Source: a virus
Taxonomy: Duplodnaviria > Caudoviricetes
Reading direction: 5' to 3' (one strand)
Virus record (IMG/VR): IMGVR_UViG_3300046475_000322
Coordinates: 4,643-68,642 of that record
DNA: 64,000 nucleotides
Part shown: piece after piece, positions 1 to 8,545 of the stretch
How positions within the stretch are numbered: position 1 is the stretch's first letter
How the letters are laid out: every line of letters starts with the position of its first letter
The notes under the pieces: generated by a model
The model's database searches: none
Told to the model about the DNA's origin: nothing
The model's input: only the letters and a program-made list of their open reading frames with translations
Translations under genes and position numbers: made by a program

Positions 1-4
1 GGGT

Positions 5-42
5 CCCGGGGCCCGCCCTTGGGGGAAGAGGCGGGCCCCGGG
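5..42 (-). terminator. GC-rich hairpin downstream of ORF 93-530
   Basis: cccggggcccgcc(5-17)/ggcgggccccggg(30-42) perfect 13-bp stem; no U-tract. Confidence 0.45.
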
Positions 43-92
43 GGTGACGGCCGCGGCGTAGTCGCCGTGGGGGCCGGCCGTCCGGCGGTTGG

Positions 93-530
93 TCAGCGGA
101 CGTACTCGTCCTGCCGCTCCTGCTCGCGGCGGCGCTTGTACTCCTTGAGTTCGCCCTCGGTGGGCTTGGACGCCATCAGGTCGGCGAGCGAGGCGTCCGG
201 GCGCATCGGGCCCTGGCCGACCTCGTCGAACGTGCCGTCGATCTGCCGGCCGCGGTACATGGCACGGCGTGCCTCGACCAGAGCGGCCGCGTCCTCGTCG
301 GTGCGGGCGACCTCGCAGCCGGTGACACGGACCTTGACCTGTGCGGGCTTGTCCTCGTCCTCGGCGTGCCCGGTGTACGACTTCGAGGTGAGCTCGACGA
401 TGGCGTAGACGACGGTGCCGGGCTTCTCGAAGAGGCCGCGGCGCTGCTCGCGGGTCATGGACGCTTCGACGGCTGCGGCGGCCGCGTCGAGCTTGACCTC
501 GGGGACGTCTGCGGGGCTGAGCTTGGGCAT
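93..530 (-). CDS. Hypothetical phage protein (145 aa)
   Basis: Start re-assigned to ATG 530 (MPKLSPADVPEV); natural-looking composition, follows 556-831. Confidence 0.75.
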   Translation of the reverse strand: MPKLSPADVPEVKLDAAAAAVEASMTREQRRGLFEKPGTVVYAIVELTSKSYTGHAEDEDKPAQVKVRVTGCEVARTDEDAAALVEARRAMYRGRQIDGTFDEVGQGPMRPDASLADLMASKPTEGELKEYKRRREQERQDEYVR

Positions 531-555
531 GTGCTGGGTTCCTCTCGGGTTGTTG

Positions 556-831
556 CTACTTGCGTCGTGGCTTGGCCAGTGAGCGCTGGAGGGCGGCGTA
601 CTGGCGCTTGGCGTGCTCGCGGACTTCAGGGATCGGACAGTCGTCTCGGCGGTGCCGCTGCGCGCGGATGACGAGTTGCTCCGTCTCCGCGTAGCCGACG
701 GCGTCCTCGGCCCGCCCGCACGGGCAGGTGAAGTCGGCGGCGGCAAGGGACTTGGCCTTCGCGTTGTCGAGGCGGATACGCAGGCCGTGTCCGGGGTGCG
801 GGTTGCCGATCGTCGGCCCGAGCCCGTTCAT
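556..831 (-). CDS. Hypothetical protein with CPC..H..C putative metal site
   Basis: 4-nt overlap with WhiB stop; FTCPCG and HRRDDC motifs. Confidence 0.7.
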   Translation of the reverse strand: MNGLGPTIGNPHPGHGLRIRLDNAKAKSLAAADFTCPCGRAEDAVGYAETEQLVIRAQRHRRDDCPIPEVREHAKRQYAALQRSLAKPRRK

Positions 832-1160
832 GCGGCGGCTTTGCTGCGCCGGCCAGGGGCCTGAATGCCACCGCTGCGACCGGTGTCCTTGCGCTTACGC
901 CCATGCTGGGCCCGGCGTTCCCACTCGGTGAGCCCGCCCCATGTACCGCGGTCCTCCTGATTGCGGTACGCGTACTCCAGGCAGCGTTGGATCACCGGGC
1001 AGGTCCAGCAGAGTTTCTTCGACTCGCTGATCGCCTTCTGCTGGGAGCGGTCGGGGAAGAACAGGTTCTTGTCGACGTCGTCCCGGCGGCAGACCGCGTC
1101 GTCCTGCCAGACGGGGTCGCGGCGCCGGCTGGTGGGGACGGACCCGGGGGACTGGCTCAT
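828..1160 (-). CDS. WhiB-family Fe-S transcription factor
   Basis: WQDDAVC...LFFP...C(WT)CPVIQRCLEYA...GTWGGLTEWER: four Cys plus G[TV]WGG turn; start ATG 1160. Confidence 0.93.
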   Translation of the reverse strand: MSQSPGSVPTSRRRDPVWQDDAVCRRDDVDKNLFFPDRSQQKAISESKKLCWTCPVIQRCLEYAYRNQEDRGTWGGLTEWERRAQHGRKRKDTGRSGGIQAPGRRSKAAA

Positions 1161-2152
1161 GCCGCCACCGCCCCGTCGAAGGCGCGCGCAGCCAGCAACC
1201 GGAGCGCGGCGGCCGCCTGCTGCGGGACGACCCCGTTGCCGAGGGCCTTCAACTGCTGGGTGCGGGTGAGGTCGGGGACGTCGGTGACGTGGCCGGCGGG
1301 GAGGCCCATCATCCACTCGACGAACTGCGGGCTCAGGCGGTGTCGATCGTCAGTTGCCCAGGGAGCGGGGCGGCCGGTCGCCGCTTCCCACCGCGCGATC
1401 GCCGGGGTGTACTTGCCCCAACCTCCCCGCGGTTGATCGCCCTCGACTCGTTCCGAAGACCGAAGCCCGCTGATGATCCCCGGCCCGCGCCACCGTCCGC
1501 CGCCATCGGCGTCGGCAGCAGCGACACCGCTGTCCGCAGGTCCGGGCCGCCCTCCCCGTGTTCCCCAGCTCCGTTCGTGTCCGAGGTGCGAGGCGTCGGC
1601 AGCAGCGCCACCACGTTCGGCAGCGCGTCCTCGAAGCCCTTGCCACGGGAGTCCCTCGCCCTGGGCGTCGGTAGCTGTGGCGAGGACGATGAGTCGCTTG
1701 CGTTGGTGGGGAGCACCAACTTCGTCCGCTTGTACAAGCTGCCACTCCGCATCGAACCCGATGTCGGCAAGGTCGCAGAGGACAGTGTCGAAGCCGAGCC
1801 GAAGGTGGTTCGCGACGTTCTCAAAGATCGCGACTCGGGGTCGAAGTACCCGAAGGGCACCGGCAATGAAGGGCCAGAGGTGCCGGGCATCGGTGGTTCC
1901 TTTCCGCTTGCCGGCGGTGGAGAAGGGCTGGCAGGGGTAGCCGCCGCACACGATGTCGACGGGCTCGACCTCGTCCCACTTCGCGGTGGTGAGGTCGCCG
2001 ATGTTCGGGGTGCCCGGCCACCGGTGGGCGAGGATCTTGTTCGCTCCGGGGTCGACCTCGGACACCCACGTGGTGGTGCCGCCGAAGACCTGCTCGACGG
2101 CCATGTCGAGGCCGCGGTAGCCGGAGCAGAGGGAACCGATACGGATGCTCAT
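1157..2152 (-). CDS. DNA cytosine-5 methyltransferase
   Basis: Motif I LCSGYRG, IV GGYPCQPFS, VI ENV, VIII QRKRL, IX/X RLSPQFVEWMMGLP...ALGNGVVPQQA. Confidence 0.93.
   Translation of the reverse strand: MSIRIGSLCSGYRGLDMAVEQVFGGTTTWVSEVDPGANKILAHRWPGTPNIGDLTTAKWDEVEPVDIVCGGYPCQPFSTAGKRKGTTDARHLWPFIAGALRVLRPRVAIFENVANHLRLGFDTVLCDLADIGFDAEWQLVQADEVGAPHQRKRLIVLATATDAQGEGLPWQGLRGRAAERGGAAADASHLGHERSWGTRGGRPGPADSGVAAADADGGGRWRGPGIISGLRSSERVEGDQPRGGWGKYTPAIARWEAATGRPAPWATDDRHRLSPQFVEWMMGLPAGHVTDVPDLTRTQQLKALGNGVVPQQAAAALRLLAARAFDGAVAA
1333..1890 (-). CDS. Nested alternate-frame gene inside the methylase (185 aa, LPTP repeats)
   Basis: ATG 1890 preceded by AAAGGA (1898-1903) with 7-nt spacer; LPTPRARD/LLPTPRTSD/LLPTPMAAD repeats. 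Confidence 0.65.
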   Translation of the reverse strand: MPGTSGPSLPVPFGYFDPESRSLRTSRTTFGSASTLSSATLPTSGSMRSGSLYKRTKLVLPTNASDSSSSPQLPTPRARDSRGKGFEDALPNVVALLPTPRTSDTNGAGEHGEGGPDLRTAVSLLPTPMAADGGAGRGSSAGFGLRNESRAINRGEVGASTPRRSRGGKRRPAAPLPGQLTIDTA

Positions 2153-2781
2153 CGGGCCACCGCCACGGTGGTCGTCGGCCAGGCCACACCCTTCAGCGCA
2201 CGCGAGTGGGTGGCCGGCACGGCGGCGAGCGGGTAGCCGAGCCAGTCCATGCCCATCGCCATCAGCACGTAGGCGTCGGCCTCGTCGTAGCGGGCCGTGC
2301 CGCTGAAGTTCTGCTGGTACCGGAGTGCGGCCTCGTCGCGGACCTTGCCCTTGACCTGCTTCGGGGTGAGCTTCCGGCCCTCGGCGTCCTTCCAGCGGGC
2401 GCGGCCGGTGGCGTAGATGGTCCGCGAGTCCGGGGTGACGACGGCGAACGGGATGCCGCGCTTGCGGAGGTCGCAGCGGATCATCCAGCGGGCCGCCGAC
2501 ATCTCGTCGTGGCCGACCTGCTTGGCCATCGAGTAGGCCGCGCCCTCGATGACGGCGAAGTCGGCGTTGCGGTAGAAGCTGGCAGCGCTGTTGACGATGT
2601 GGGTGAGGCGTTCCTCGGCGGCCAGTCCGGTGGTGCGGAAGTGGTCGGCCCAGCCGGGGCCTGCGACGCCGCTGGTGATGAGGGCGATGTCGAGGCCGAC
2701 GACGAGGGGCTGGCCCGCGGCCGAGACCACGGGGGCCGGGGCCTGCGGGGCGGTGTCGAAGAGGGTGGGTGTGGTGGTCAC
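2149..2781 (-). CDS. RuvC-like Holliday junction resolvase
   Basis: VVGLDIALITSG, AVIEG, DEADAYVL acidic catalytic pattern. Confidence 0.85.
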   Translation of the reverse strand: MTTTPTLFDTAPQAPAPVVSAAGQPLVVGLDIALITSGVAGPGWADHFRTTGLAAEERLTHIVNSAASFYRNADFAVIEGAAYSMAKQVGHDEMSAARWMIRCDLRKRGIPFAVVTPDSRTIYATGRARWKDAEGRKLTPKQVKGKVRDEAALRYQQNFSGTARYDEADAYVLMAMGMDWLGYPLAAVPATHSRALKGVAWPTTTVAVAR

Positions 2782-3002
2782 GGGGTCCCCTCGGTGTCGT
2801 AGTAGTCGGCGACCGCGTTGCCGTAGGACTTCATGCGGGCCGCAGCCTCAGCGACCAGCGCCTCGTCCTCCGGGGACAGCTCGGCCAGCGGCAGGGTGAT
2901 CGGCGGGGTCTTGGCGATGGCCACGACGAGGACGATCAGCGCGGCCGCGTAGCAGGCGGCGATCACGGCGGCGGAGATGGCGAAGACAGCGGTCCAGGTC
3001 AT
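2778..3002 (-). CDS. Small membrane protein
   Basis: ATG 3002 MTWTAVFAISAAVIAACYAAALIVLVVAIA single TM; overlaps neighbours. Confidence 0.7.
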   Translation of the reverse strand: MTWTAVFAISAAVIAACYAAALIVLVVAIAKTPPITLPLAELSPEDEALVAEAAARMKSYGNAVADYYDTEGTP

Positions 3003-3259
3003 CGGGCACCGCCGTGGATGTGGCCGCACGACCGGCAGATCAACTCGCCCGTCACACGCGTCCGGACATGGACGGTGTCGCGGTGCTCGAACCGGCAACG
3101 GACCGTCGTCTCGACGAGCGCCTGCACCGGGCGGAACCACACACGGGGGGCCCGGTGCTTGGCCGTCGGCTCGGGCCGCACGTACCAGCGGAGCGTCAGG
3201 AACCCGACGATCAGCGAGCCCATCAACATGGCGGCGCCGAAGGTGATCTGGTCGTTCAC
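2999..3259 (-). CDS. Small membrane-anchored protein with C-terminal C/H motif
   Basis: GTG 3259; N-terminal TM, CRFEH...CRSCGHIH. Confidence 0.7.
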   Translation of the reverse strand: MNDQITFGAAMLMGSLIVGFLTLRWYVRPEPTAKHRAPRVWFRPVQALVETTVRCRFEHRDTVHVRTRVTGELICRSCGHIHGGAR

Positions 3260-3708
3260 GGCGCCACCCGCTTCACGCGCCCGTCGAGCACGGCCTGAAG
3301 ACCACGGCAGCGCTCCAACGCCCGCTTCAAGTCCGTCGCCGGATGCGTCGGCCGCCACGACCCGCCGTCCACCGGACGCTTCTCCTCATCCGGCAGCGGC
3401 CGCCACGCGAGGTGGGCTTTGACCCGCGCCTCCCACGCAGCCATCTCCTCAGCCGTGGCCTCGACCACGCTGACGTCCGCGAAGACCGGGCTGGCCACGG
3501 TTACGGCCGCGTCCCGGTAGGAGTTGCGGTCCTTCTCGAACTGGTCCCGCTCCCCGCGCATCCGCTCCCTGTCCGCGGAGACGGCGCTGAGCCGGGCCTG
3601 CACCTCGGCGAGTTGGGCTTTGGCTTGGTCGAGTTCCTGCTGGTGGCGGAGGTGGGCGGCGGCGAGGATCTGCTCGTGCTGCCGACGGGGGATAGACGAA
3701 CGCCTCAT
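3256..3708 (-). CDS. Coiled-coil hypothetical protein
   Basis: ATG 3708 MRRSSIPRRQHEQ; heptad-rich ELDQAKAQLAEVQARL. Confidence 0.7.
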   Translation of the reverse strand: MRRSSIPRRQHEQILAAAHLRHQQELDQAKAQLAEVQARLSAVSADRERMRGERDQFEKDRNSYRDAAVTVASPVFADVSVVEATAEEMAAWEARVKAHLAWRPLPDEEKRPVDGGSWRPTHPATDLKRALERCRGLQAVLDGRVKRVAP

Positions 3709-3751
3709 AGCGTGTCTCCGTTCGATGGTTCTCTGTGATGTCCTTGGGCCA

Positions 3752-3780
3752 GGCCGCCCCGCATAGCCCGCGGGGCGGCC
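3752..3780 (-). terminator. Hairpin between 3795 and 3708 genes
   Basis: ggccgccccgc/gcggggcggcc 11-bp stem, 7-nt loop. Confidence 0.55.
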
Positions 3781-3794
3781 GTCTCGTGTGCGGG

Positions 3795-4397
3795 CTAGAA
3801 CGGCGGGGTGTCGCTGTAGCCGGGCGGGGTGTCGTAGCTGAACGGCACGTCCGGCCGCAGGTCTTCGGCTCGGCGTTCGACGTGGCCAGCGAGGTCGAGG
3901 CCGACTCGGCGGAGTTCGTCGATGACGCTGCGGGCCCACTTGCGGACGGCGTCGTTCTCGCCGTCGACGAGCGCTTCCGCGACATGTCCGGCGATGACCG
4001 GGATCGCGGCGGCCAGCGTGTCGGCCGGGGTGACGTGCCCGGCGAGGTTGAGGTTCCGCAGGGCGGTCTCGACCGTCGGCGAGTACGGCTTGCCGGGGAT
4101 GCAGGGCTTGAACTCGGCGGCGTGCCGAGCCGCCCACGGGTCGTCGTCCACGATCTCGGCGGGCACGACCCAGTCCACGACATTGCGCCACTCGTTGATG
4201 TGGGGGCCGTCGCCGACGTACCGGTCGGTGAGCTGTGCGCCGGCGGCTGCGGCCTGCGCGGCGGCGAAGTGTGCCTGCGCCGACATCAGGTGGTGGAGTG
4301 AGGCGCCCGGGTCGACGGGCCTGCCGCCCGGCTTGTCGAGGAACGATGCGCTGCTGAGGTGCCGCTCGCCCTCGCGGTAGTGCTGGGGCCCGTTCAC
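3795..4397 (-). CDS. Hypothetical phage protein (200 aa)
   Basis: ORF track; overlaps upstream gene stop; N-terminal MNGPQHYREGERHL motif. Confidence 0.75.
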   Translation of the reverse strand: MNGPQHYREGERHLSSASFLDKPGGRPVDPGASLHHLMSAQAHFAAAQAAAAGAQLTDRYVGDGPHINEWRNVVDWVVPAEIVDDDPWAARHAAEFKPCIPGKPYSPTVETALRNLNLAGHVTPADTLAAAIPVIAGHVAEALVDGENDAVRKWARSVIDELRRVGLDLAGHVERRAEDLRPDVPFSYDTPPGYSDTPPF

Positions 4398-5191
4398 GCG
4401 TCACCGCCCGGCTGCGTCGCCTCGGGCCAGTCGCTGGAGCCGTTGGCCGCGTCGTGGTCCCAGATGCCGTCACCGGACGTCTCGTCGCCGTCCGGCCGGT
4501 CCACCGTGTACTGCGCGTCCACGGGCGCCTCGACGACCGGTGCAGCCGCAGGGGCGGTGATGGCCGCGACCGACAGCGGCGCCCTCGCAGGGAGGACCTG
4601 ACCGGTCGTGAAGCCCTCGTACTCCTCGGAGGCGTAAGGCATTCCGTGCAGAGCGTCCGACGCGATCAGGCGGCAGACGTCGCCCGTCGCGCGGGCGACG
4701 AGCATGCCCTTCGGGTTCTTCTTCCACTGGTCCTTACCGAGGAGCCCCATCATCCGGGCGCGGTCGGTAGTCCACTCGACTTCCTGCCACGCCTCCGATC
4801 CGGCACGGCGGCCCCGCATCACACAGCGGGTGTCCGTCGACTCGACGAGCTCGATGTCGTGACCCTGCGTCTGGATTACGGCGCGCATGGCGTGCGCCCT
4901 CAGGGCCGGGGTGCCCTGGATGATGTCGATGCTCTTCAGCGTGGCCATCGGCTTCAGCCCGAGCTCGGAGCCGGCGAGGATCGCGGCGGCGATGTCGCCG
5001 GGCTTGCCGCGCAGGGACTGCGGGACGAACGAAGTCGCGGCGAGCTTCTGTGCCATGTCGTAGGCGAGGTTGGCCTCTTGCGCCCAGGCGACGAGGGTGG
5101 TGGTTCCGGCGGTCGGCTGGACCTCCGGGAGGGCGGGGGCTTGGGTGGCGACGGCCTGCTGCTCGTCGCGGGCGGCGATCTCGGTGCTCAA
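4394..5191 (-). CDS. RecT-like ssDNA annealing protein
   Basis: TTG 5191 with GAGGAG RBS; SFVPQSLRGKPGDIAAAILAGSELGLKPM...WKKNPKGMLVARA; directly follows RecE-like nuclease. Confidence 0.7.
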   Translation of the reverse strand: MSTEIAARDEQQAVATQAPALPEVQPTAGTTTLVAWAQEANLAYDMAQKLAATSFVPQSLRGKPGDIAAAILAGSELGLKPMATLKSIDIIQGTPALRAHAMRAVIQTQGHDIELVESTDTRCVMRGRRAGSEAWQEVEWTTDRARMMGLLGKDQWKKNPKGMLVARATGDVCRLIASDALHGMPYASEEYEGFTTGQVLPARAPLSVAAITAPAAAPVVEAPVDAQYTVDRPDGDETSGDGIWDHDAANGSSDWPEATQPGGDA

Positions 5192-6075
5192 CTCAGGTAC
5201 TCCTCGGCTTGGCGGAGGGTGTCCCAGCTCGGCATTCCGATCTGGGGGATTTCGGTGACGGGCCCGGTCCAGTCGGGCCAGATGCCGGTGGCTTCGCATT
5301 CGGCGTAGATGCGCAGGGCGCGTTCGTTGCGGGCGCGGCCGATGTCCTGGTCCTGGTCGGCGAGTTCACGAACCGTGATCAGGTGGGGGGCCTTCTTCGA
5401 GATGAAGACGAAGACGAACCGGGCCCCCTCCGGGGCGAGCCCGGCGGCGGCGACGCCGTCGAGGTAGAGGGCGCCCTGCTGGTGGTAGCTGTAGGAGGCG
5501 ATGGCCTTGCTGCACGCCGTCGGGTTCGCATCCGTCGTCGTCTTCAGGTCGACGACGACCGTGATCTCGGGCCGGACGATCAGCCAGTCCGGACGGACCC
5601 GGACGCGGGCCCCGGTCGTCGGGTCGGTCCAGTAGATCGACCGCTCCGCGACGCCGTTGCCCGGCGCGAACAGCGGGCCCGCCTCCGGGTGCCGGCGGAT
5701 GGCCGTAGCCATCGCGTCGACCTGGTCCTTCTCCTTCGGCAGGAGCGGAACCTTGCCCGCCTCGTAGGCGGCGAGCTTGTCGGTGCGGGCTGCGACGGTC
5801 TTGTAGTCGGTGGCTTTGATCTCGACGATGTCGGCGCCTTCGCCGAGGACTGCGGCGTGGACGGCGTTGCCGAGGTCGAACTCCCGCTTCGACGGCTGCG
5901 GGTGGTGGCGGTCGTACTGGAACTGGGCGGGGCAGCCGGGGTCGAGGAGGGCGCGGAGCCCGGTCGAGGAGACCGACGTGGTGTCGGCGTGGTACTCCTC
6001 GGCGGTGAGGTCGTCCCGGATGGCCGGGCCGGCGGCCGGGGCGGTGTTCGCCCCGGCCTGCACGGTGGTCGTCAT
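5188..6075 (-). CDS. RecE/exonuclease VIII-like PD-(D/E)XK nuclease
   Basis: EEYHAD..SVSST, DLGNAVH, RVRPDW, VVDLKTT, YHQQGALY motifs. Confidence 0.88.
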   Translation of the reverse strand: MTTTVQAGANTAPAAGPAIRDDLTAEEYHADTTSVSSTGLRALLDPGCPAQFQYDRHHPQPSKREFDLGNAVHAAVLGEGADIVEIKATDYKTVAARTDKLAAYEAGKVPLLPKEKDQVDAMATAIRRHPEAGPLFAPGNGVAERSIYWTDPTTGARVRVRPDWLIVRPEITVVVDLKTTTDANPTACSKAIASYSYHQQGALYLDGVAAAGLAPEGARFVFVFISKKAPHLITVRELADQDQDIGRARNERALRIYAECEATGIWPDWTGPVTEIPQIGMPSWDTLRQAEEYLS

Positions 6076-6356
6076 GCGGCATCACCCGCGATCTCGGACA
6101 CGTGCACCAGGTGGCCGAACGAGCCGACCTTCCCGTACACGACCTCGTTGTCCAGCGGCAGGTTCGCGAACGCGGCCCGCATCGCGTAGGCCAGCGACGC
6201 GGGGTGCCCCTCCATGACCGTCCAGGACTGGCCGAACAGTCGGTCGTTCCAGTCCTCCAGACGGAACGTGTGCGGTCCGTCGTCGCCGTTGATGTTGGCC
6301 TTGACGGTGACGGTCTTCCCGGCGAGGGGGTGCGGGGTGGAGTGGTTGGCGTTCAC
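6072..6356 (-). CDS. Hypothetical phage protein (94 aa)
   Basis: ORF with 4-nt overlaps on both sides. Confidence 0.75.
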   Translation of the reverse strand: MNANHSTPHPLAGKTVTVKANINGDDGPHTFRLEDWNDRLFGQSWTVMEGHPASLAYAMRAAFANLPLDNEVVYGKVGSFGHLVHVSEIAGDAA

Positions 6357-6643
6357 GAGCGGCGGTCCTTCCGGGGAGCGAGGGTGTAGTAGCGGTTGCT
6401 CGGCTCGTCGTGGAGCCGCAGCCAGCCGCCTGCGGCGAGGTCACGCAGGTCCTGGCGAGCTGCTGCGCGGACCTTCGTGTCGGGCAGGTCGATGGGGGTG
6501 TCGAGGCGGCGGTAGTAGCGGACGACGCGGGTCGCGTTCCATCGGCCGCGCTGGTGGCGGATGACGGCGAGGAGGAGGGCGAGTCGGCCGGTGAGGCCGG
6601 CGGCCGGGGCCGAAGCCCCGACCGTCGCGGTCGTGTTGGTCAC
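6353..6643 (-). CDS. Hypothetical protein, possible winged helix
   Basis: ARQDLRDLAAGGWLRLHDEPSNRYYTL resembles a wHTH recognition helix and wing; overlapped stops/starts. Confidence 0.6.
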   Translation of the reverse strand: MTNTTATVGASAPAAGLTGRLALLLAVIRHQRGRWNATRVVRYYRRLDTPIDLPDTKVRAAARQDLRDLAAGGWLRLHDEPSNRYYTLAPRKDRRS

Positions 6644-7287
6644 TGGCCACCGCCGTCGGTGATGTCGGTCCAGCCGCCGTGCGCCCAGTCGTCCGGGTCC
6701 AGCGCGGTCGCGAACCAGTGGTGAACGGCATCGACCTGGGCGTACTTCCAGCCGAGGGCCCGGTTCTCACCCGTGGTGGGGCTGGGGCTGATGGCCTCGC
6801 ATCGGAACCTCGTCGTGCCGCTGGCGTAGGTGCGGCCCGGCTGGAAGAAGGTTGCGGGACCTTCCACCGCCAGCTCCGCACGGTTGATCACCGCCACGGT
6901 CGCTGCCAGGTACTGCGACACGAGGAGCAGCGCGCCCGGCAGGTCGCCGGTCAGGGGCCAGTGACCGCCCCGCGCCCCGGTCACATGCAGTTCGTGCCGG
7001 GCTGCCGCGCCTTCCAGCCACAACAACTCGCGGGCGCTGAGCGGGTCACCCGTTCCCCGGCGGATCTCGGTGATCCGCTCGTCCGTCGGAACGGAGGCAG
7101 GGCACCAACTGAAGTGCGGGACCTGCTCGCAGACACAAGGGCGGTCGGCGTAGATGGTGGCCGTGTCCGCCGTGTTGGTGACCTCGGCCAGCACCTCAGT
7201 GCGGTACGCGTCGAGGCGGGCGTCCAGTTCGTGGGTGGCGGTCTCGTCGAGGGGGAACATCGCGTGAATCGCGGCACGGGCGCTCAT
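6640..7287 (-). CDS. Hypothetical phage protein (215 aa)
   Basis: ATG 7287 overlapping upstream stop. Confidence 0.7.
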   Translation of the reverse strand: MSARAAIHAMFPLDETATHELDARLDAYRTEVLAEVTNTADTATIYADRPCVCEQVPHFSWCPASVPTDERITEIRRGTGDPLSARELLWLEGAAARHELHVTGARGGHWPLTGDLPGALLLVSQYLAATVAVINRAELAVEGPATFFQPGRTYASGTTRFRCEAISPSPTTGENRALGWKYAQVDAVHHWFATALDPDDWAHGGWTDITDGGGQ

Positions 7288-7997
7288 CGGGCACCGCCCA
7301 GCCGCTTGCGCTCCCGGTAGGCCGCATGCCGCGCCTTGTGACACGCACGGCAGATCCGCGACCCGGTCTTGGGGATCACATACAGGTTGTCGCCCGACAG
7401 CTCATGCCCGTGCTTGCAGTGCGTCTGCTCACCAGACGCCTTCTCGTTGGGCCGACCCAGGTACTTCACAGACTGGGACGGGTAAGGCTTCCTGTACCCA
7501 TGCCGGGCCAAGCGCGAGACGACAGCGTTGTGCTGAACCCCCAGCACCTTGGCCAAGTGCTTGATGCTCACGCCCTGCAACACGAGCGAGTTCAGATGAG
7601 CCGTGAACTCTTCGCTGACCCGCCGCTCCGGAGCATCGGCAGGTGTTGCGCCGTTGACCTTCGCGGCGGTTCGCTGCATGGCCCGGAGCTGCTCCGCCAG
7701 CTCGTTGTTTACGAGCAGCCTGCGCCGTGGCGGCTTCCGTTCGGGCTGCGGCTTGCGGGGCGGCAACGGAATGTCGGGCAGCTTGCCAGGCACGTTCACC
7801 GTGGACCGGCTGACCATTTGGTCGATGGCCTGTCGGCTCACGCCCAGGGGCGTCGCCAGCGACTGGCAGGTCCAGCCGTTCATGCGGGCGACGATGAGAG
7901 TCGCCCCGAAGCGGGGGTCTCGCCCGTCTCTCATACGCTGCAACTCGGCGGCGAAGTCGGCAGGGAGGGTCTGGTCTTTGCGGATGAGGTCGCTCAT
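7284..7997 (-). CDS. Tandem-HTH protein with C-terminal C/H zinc module
   Basis: ATG 7997; GWTCQSLATPLGVSRQAIDQM and GVSIKHLAKVLGVQHNAVVSRL; THCKHGHELSGDN...RICRAC. Confidence 0.7.
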   Translation of the reverse strand: MSDLIRKDQTLPADFAAELQRMRDGRDPRFGATLIVARMNGWTCQSLATPLGVSRQAIDQMVSRSTVNVPGKLPDIPLPPRKPQPERKPPRRRLLVNNELAEQLRAMQRTAAKVNGATPADAPERRVSEEFTAHLNSLVLQGVSIKHLAKVLGVQHNAVVSRLARHGYRKPYPSQSVKYLGRPNEKASGEQTHCKHGHELSGDNLYVIPKTGSRICRACHKARHAAYRERKRLGGAR

Positions 7998-8191
7998 GCT
8001 GACCGCCTGTCCTGCTGGCCGGGCAGCGGGTGGGCGGCGCAGTAGTCCCGGGTCGCCTTGTGCGTCGGGTGCTTGATCGCCCGCCTCGCCCAACCCCACG
8101 GCCGGCCGGTGTCCGCGTAGGCGACCTCGTCCGCAATGTCCATCTCGCCGTCGCCGGTCTCGTCCGGGCCGTCGTACTGGTCGTCGTTCAT
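7994..8191 (-). CDS. Small hypothetical protein (65 aa)
   Basis: ATG 8191 MNDDQYDGPD; overlapping operon structure. Confidence 0.6.
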   Translation of the reverse strand: MNDDQYDGPDETGDGEMDIADEVAYADTGRPWGWARRAIKHPTHKATRDYCAAHPLPGQQDRRSA

Positions 8192-8325
8192 CAGCAGTCC
8201 CCGTAGTCGTTGTGGTCGTCGCCCGCGTTGCGGCAGCGGCTGGAGCAGTACGTCGTCCCGTGCGGGACCGGGGTCGGGCACTCGGCGCATGGCCGGGACA
8301 CCGGCTGGGTGGTGGGGTCAGGCAC
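8191..8325 (-). CDS. Tiny zinc-ribbon protein (44 aa)
   Basis: GTG 8325; CAEC-x10-CSSRC. Confidence 0.55.
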   Translation of the reverse strand: MPDPTTQPVSRPCAECPTPVPHGTTYCSSRCRNAGDDHNDYGDC

Positions 8326-8545
8326 GGGAGGCCTCCGACGGTGCGGTGCAGATGAAGAGCAGGGCCAGGCCGGACAGCGCGACCTGGAACGCGGACTTGC
8401 GGACGGTCGCGGGGAGTTCACGCACACGGCGCGGGCACAGGTGCTCGGCGTTGACGAGGAGCAGCCACGGGATCAGCGACGCCGAGAACAAGGCGACCGC
8501 CAGGGCGACGCAGACGATGACGTCGGAGCGGGTCTCGTGCATCAC
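8318..8545 (-). CDS. Small two-TM membrane protein
   Basis: Two hydrophobic stretches; overlaps neighbours. Confidence 0.65.
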   Translation of the reverse strand: MMHETRSDVIVCVALAVALFSASLIPWLLLVNAEHLCPRRVRELPATVRKSAFQVALSGLALLFICTAPSEASRA

